Under the pieces are notes generated by a model. That model ran no database searches and was not told where the DNA came from. It was given only the letters and a program-made list of their open reading frames with translations. The position numbers and the translations under genes are program-made. From IMG/VR virus record IMGVR_UViG_3300005002_000003: a stretch of DNA of 20,000 bases. The stretch is one strand, 5' to 3'. Below, piece by piece: positions 16,745-20,000 of this stretch; within the stretch, counting starts at the first letter, position 1, and each line of letters opens with the position of its first letter. The stretch comes from an uncultured virus (IMG/VR IMGVR_UViG_3300005002_000003) (Duplodnaviria > Heunggongvirae > Uroviricota > Caudoviricetes).

Positions 16745-17359
16745 ATGGAAACAACAGCGACAAAAACAATTGATCAGCGCATTGCGGAAGAACGTCAGGG
16801 AGGCATGACCTATCTCCAGCTCGCGAAAGACGTCATGGAGAACTACCCGGAATACAGTTTCTGCATGATCTGCACAGAGTTCTCCTACGAAGGCGAAGGC
16901 AGATTTAAGTTCCACGATCAGGAGACTCTGGGGGCGGAATTCACCTGTTATGCCTGCGGTAAAGACGCCGCTGATGAGCCCGGAGGCTCGCTCTACCACT
17001 CACATCCGCTTTCGGATTGCAAGGGGAGCGACGGTCAGCCCTGGGCCGACGTTGCGCTGTGCCTGTGCTCCTCCTGCGCAGACGCCACAAAGGACATGAC
17101 CACAGTAGATCAGTTTATGGACTACAAAGCGTCTGTGGCCCAGCATGTTGAGGAAACCGATGAGCGGACGGGCTTGAAGCTCTGGACGGTGACCTACGCG
17201 AGCTTCGCCAAGGGCCTCGAACTCTACCACCTCATGATCCAGAACGGTAAGTGGCGCGGCGATGCTCCCGCGAGCTTCTACGACGCCGGAGACTGGGATG
17301 CCGTTATGGCGGATGTCGCACTGCAACTCTCGATTTTCGGGGAGGTCATCTACGGCTGA
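16745..17359 (+). CDS. phage hypothetical protein with a zinc-finger-like insert and a C-terminal DAxxADxxLQxxxFGEVIYG motif
   Basis: 204 aa with CYAC...CSSC. Has its own promoter and terminator. Confidence 0.75.
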   Translation: METTATKTIDQRIAEERQGGMTYLQLAKDVMENYPEYSFCMICTEFSYEGEGRFKFHDQETLGAEFTCYACGKDAADEPGGSLYHSHPLSDCKGSDGQPWADVALCLCSSCADATKDMTTVDQFMDYKASVAQHVEETDERTGLKLWTVTYASFAKGLELYHLMIQNGKWRGDAPASFYDAGDWDAVMADVALQLSIFGEVIYG

Positions 17360-17381
17360 CAGGCAGAGCGGTCCATTGTTC

Positions 17382-17410
17382 AAGAGGCGGATAACCTCCG
17401 CCTTTTTTTT
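17382..17410 (+). terminator. rho-independent terminator (second insertion target)
   Basis: AGGCGGA-TAACC-TCCGCC followed by T8. Confidence 0.85.
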
Positions 17411-17411
17411 A

Positions 17412-18148
17412 CGGAATTATCCCTCAGTGTACACAGGCTTATGACGCATTAGAATCGCCTCAGATCACTAAAGATACAGGTATGCGTCTGGTAGAATTGC
17501 AAAGGCTTTATGAGAGCGGCGGATCGCTGTATGAAGCAAATTTTTCTCGAATTGAAAAACACGATGATTTTGGTAGGTACTACATCATTGACGGTGCAAT
17601 CGATCCAAATGGAAACTGGAAACGATTAGCCAGCATTCCAGATGATAATTATGTAGCTCTATACCATGCGACAAGCAGAGAGAACGCTCAGGCAATTTTG
17701 GATTCTGGCTGGAATAGAGATGTTGCAACAGAAAAATCTGTGTGGAAGAATCCACTTGGGCAGTTTATTTTTCTTGGTTCTAAGAATGGTCTTGGAACAT
17801 ACTTAGCTCACGCTGGGCGTGATCCTGTATTTCTTGTTTTCAAAGCAAGAAAAAGCGATCTACAACCAGACGATGGCCCAGATTGGGAGCATTACAGGAA
17901 GAATGATAGGAACAGATTTGGCGGACGAAGCGATTTGCCTGTGCATCCAAAAGTAGAAGATACTTACGGTCGCATAAATCAAGTTCGTGTCCATTCTTCA
18001 AAAGCAATACCCATCGGAATTGATGAATTTAGATAGTTTCTTACGCTGTTTTAACAAGCACCGTCCGCTTCATGTAATCGTGGAAAATATTCTCGTTTTT
18101 TCGATTTGAAAATCTCCAGGAGAATTCGTCGATGCACGATTGAAGATA
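17412..18148. mobile_element. second IS1595-family derivative with a passenger gene, one end missing (cassette 2)
   Basis: Same left end CGGAATTATCCC with conserved subterminal blocks (CAGxGTACA, TTATGxCG, ATCGCCT, ACTAAAGATACA). Convergent transposase tail YLQSCIDEFSWRFSNRKNENIFHDYMKR at 18041-18148. No right TIR found. Confidence 0.8.
17482..18036 (+). CDS. passenger protein 2: shared leader plus an ADP-ribosyltransferase-like domain
   Basis: LYHATSRENAQAILDSGW, FIFLG, VFLVF and terminal QVRV...IP follow the strand order of ART-superfamily domains. AT-rich. Confidence 0.65.
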   Translation: MRLVELQRLYESGGSLYEANFSRIEKHDDFGRYYIIDGAIDPNGNWKRLASIPDDNYVALYHATSRENAQAILDSGWNRDVATEKSVWKNPLGQFIFLGSKNGLGTYLAHAGRDPVFLVFKARKSDLQPDDGPDWEHYRKNDRNRFGGRSDLPVHPKVEDTYGRINQVRVHSSKAIPIGIDEFR

Positions 18149-18410
18149 GCCTTCCTGACAGGCGGCCTTACTTGTGCCCCAGAGAACCCGAAAAGTGAAG
18201 TCCTGTCCGTCGCGCCATGTGCTTTTTCGCGAGATGTAGCTGGTGAGCTTCCCAGCCTGGAGCTTTCCTTCGCGGGTAAGTCGAAAGACTTTCTGCTCTC
18301 TGGCCGTGAGCCGGGATTTGTAGTGCAGATCCACGGATGCGCGGAGGGTCTCTGTCATGCGTGATGTGGAAGCCCCGGTAGGTTCCGAAGCTGATTGCGT
18401 CTTGATTCAT
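18041..18410 (-). pseudogene. chimeric or disrupted ORF: resident gene fused to the transposase tail
   Basis: A minus-strand TTGACA-17-TGTAGT (18446-18418) precedes ATG 18410. A second frame from ATG 18358 runs in-frame into the IS1595 tail. Confidence 0.45.
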
Positions 18411-18465
18411 GGTTTGCACTACAACGACAGCACACCGAGCTGTCAAACAAATTCCCTAATACCAG

Positions 18466-20000
18466 GTGTTGCCAGAAAATCTTGCCGCTGATTTCAACAA
18501 GCTCAGTGCCGTCGAACAGCAGGCAGTGAAGGAGATCCTCGGCGGCAACACTGCGTTGCTCCGCCAGTTGCAGGGACACACATTTCGCAAACCGCCCCCC
18601 AGCCCGGAGGAGTTCCTCGACCCCCGCAACGGCTGGCTTCCGGAGGGAGTGGCCAACAAACTCTTTGCACACGTCAAGGAGGACTTCTGTAATATCCTCA
18701 GCGGAAAGTATTCGCAGGTGGCGTTATACGGCGCTGTCCGTATGGGAAAAAGCGTGGGATCTGTCCTGCTCATGGCGTATGTCATAGTCTACATGCACCA
18801 CCTTACCAGCATGGCGGGGGCCTACAATTTGATCTCAACCTCCGCGCTTTCCATCTACTTGATGAGCTTCAAGTATGAGAAGGTGTATGAACTCTACATT
18901 CAGCCGCTGTTCGAGATTCTAGAGCAGAGCCCGAGGTTCCAGAAGACACACTTCCGCGACAACGTGCGAGAAGAGCAGGAAGCCGCTGGAGACGACATCA
19001 TCGTGTATTCAGAGGCCGCGAGAGTCGGGGAGATCACGCTGGCATCTGGCCTGCAACTCGTGACGGGTAATGACGACGCGCTGTCAATCATCGGCGCCAA
19101 CATCATCTGCGCCTTCATCTCAGAGATCGGCTTCTTTATCGAGAAAGCCGGGGCCACCGAGGAGCAGATTTTCCGCATCTACACCGATACCGTCAGTCGT
19201 ATTCGAGGCACTGTTGGCAACAACTACCTGGCGTTCACACTGCTGGATACGTCGGCAAACCTGGCGGAGTCGCAGATCGAACAGCACATCATCAGCAAGA
19301 TGCAATACCGGCCAGAGGTATACTTCCGCTGGCGCAAGCAGTGGGATGCTCCGGAACTCTGTGAGAAGTTTTTCCCCGCATACCACAAAGACAACTCCCA
19401 GGTCTTCCATGTCTGCGTGGGGGATGGCGAGACTCCCGCTCGTATCCTGGAACCCGGAGAGGAACACAACTACGCCCCCGGTCTGGTGGTATCCCCTCCA
19501 ATTGATGTCAAACAGGCTTTTGAAGACAACTTGCTGAAGTCCATCAAAGACATCGCGGGCCAGCCCGCCACCAGCGAGAGCAAGTTCCTGCAACAACGCA
19601 GTCTGATTGCGTCGATCTTCGACCCCACGCTTCCCAACGTCGAAGCCTCAGTTGTGGCCGACAGCAAGTCCATCCCGGAGGATTTGATCTGGAACGCCGT
19701 CAGCCACCTGTTCTTTTCAAAAGGGAACGGAGTTGATCTGTCGCTGATCCGCGCGCCGTCAGCGCCGCGCTACATCGGAGTGGATCTGGCAACCAGCGTT
19801 CGAGGAGACGTCGCAGGCATCGCCATGGCTCACGAGGAACAAATGGAAGATGGTACCGCCACGACGATCTTCGACTTCGCATTTGCGGTGGCACCGGGCC
19901 CCAACGGCATCAACCTCGAAGCCATCCAGATGTTCATCCGTGATCTCCGGGACAAAGGCAGAGTTCACATCGAGCAGGTCAGTGTTGACCAGTACCAAAG
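18466..20000 (+). CDS. terL: terminase large subunit, 3'-truncated
   Basis: Frame 1 is open from GTG 18466 to the window end and is absent from the ORF track. Walker A YGAVRMGKS, Walker B CAFISE, coupling-motif-like LDTSAN and RNase H nuclease YIGVDLA...GDVAGI. CTAAT begins 10 nt before the start. Confidence 0.88.
   Translation, partial: MLPENLAADFNKLSAVEQQAVKEILGGNTALLRQLQGHTFRKPPPSPEEFLDPRNGWLPEGVANKLFAHVKEDFCNILSGKYSQVALYGAVRMGKSVGSVLLMAYVIVYMHHLTSMAGAYNLISTSALSIYLMSFKYEKVYELYIQPLFEILEQSPRFQKTHFRDNVREEQEAAGDDIIVYSEAARVGEITLASGLQLVTGNDDALSIIGANIICAFISEIGFFIEKAGATEEQIFRIYTDTVSRIRGTVGNNYLAFTLLDTSANLAESQIEQHIISKMQYRPEVYFRWRKQWDAPELCEKFFPAYHKDNSQVFHVCVGDGETPARILEPGEEHNYAPGLVVSPPIDVKQAFEDNLLKSIKDIAGQPATSESKFLQQRSLIASIFDPTLPNVEASVVADSKSIPEDLIWNAVSHLFFSKGNGVDLSLIRAPSAPRYIGVDLATSVRGDVAGIAMAHEEQMEDGTATTIFDFAFAVAPGPNGINLEAIQMFIRDLRDKGRVHIEQVSVDQYQ

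Noticed and set aside
16521..16769. 82-aa minus ORF as a functional transposase
   Set aside because: Only the last ~50 aa are transposase-like. The upstream part crosses the TIR and T-tract, and the DDE core is absent.
18900..19998. Short ORFs listed in the track over 18900-19998
   Set aside because: All overlap the uninterrupted frame-1 terminase ORF.
1..20000. Stop-codon reassignment, as seen in some large phages
   Set aside because: Genes tile densely under code 11, and TAA, TGA and TAG all end genes at sensible boundaries.

Overview
This window is the head-morphogenesis and packaging region of a large tailed dsDNA phage with T4-like head genes, using the standard genetic code with almost all genes on the + strand. 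Recognisable genes are a 5'-truncated AAA-type ATPase, a T4 gp21-like prohead protease fused to a coiled-coil scaffold, a gp23-like major capsid protein, a stand-alone cyclic-phosphate-processing-type receiver protein, and a 3'-truncated terminase large subunit that the ORF track misses. The most notable signal is a putative capsid-cargo system with two parts. (i) Three long late genes look like polyproteins: unrelated small modules are joined by [hydrophobic]-x-E|S/A/G linkers resembling gp21 cleavage sites, and several modules are bounded by nucleotide direct repeats. (ii) Two non-autonomous IS1595-family derivatives sit at the T-tracts of intrinsic terminators. Each carries the putative phage late-promoter motif and an AT-rich passenger gene with a shared 18-aa leader (MRLVELQRLYxSGGSLYE) fused to an unrelated payload, one of them ADP-ribosyltransferase-like. 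Also seen: a CTAA late-promoter motif with apparently leaderless genes, a candidate ncRNA, a structured capsid-gene 5' leader, and several possible frameshifts. All family assignments come from motif recognition by eye, not database searches.
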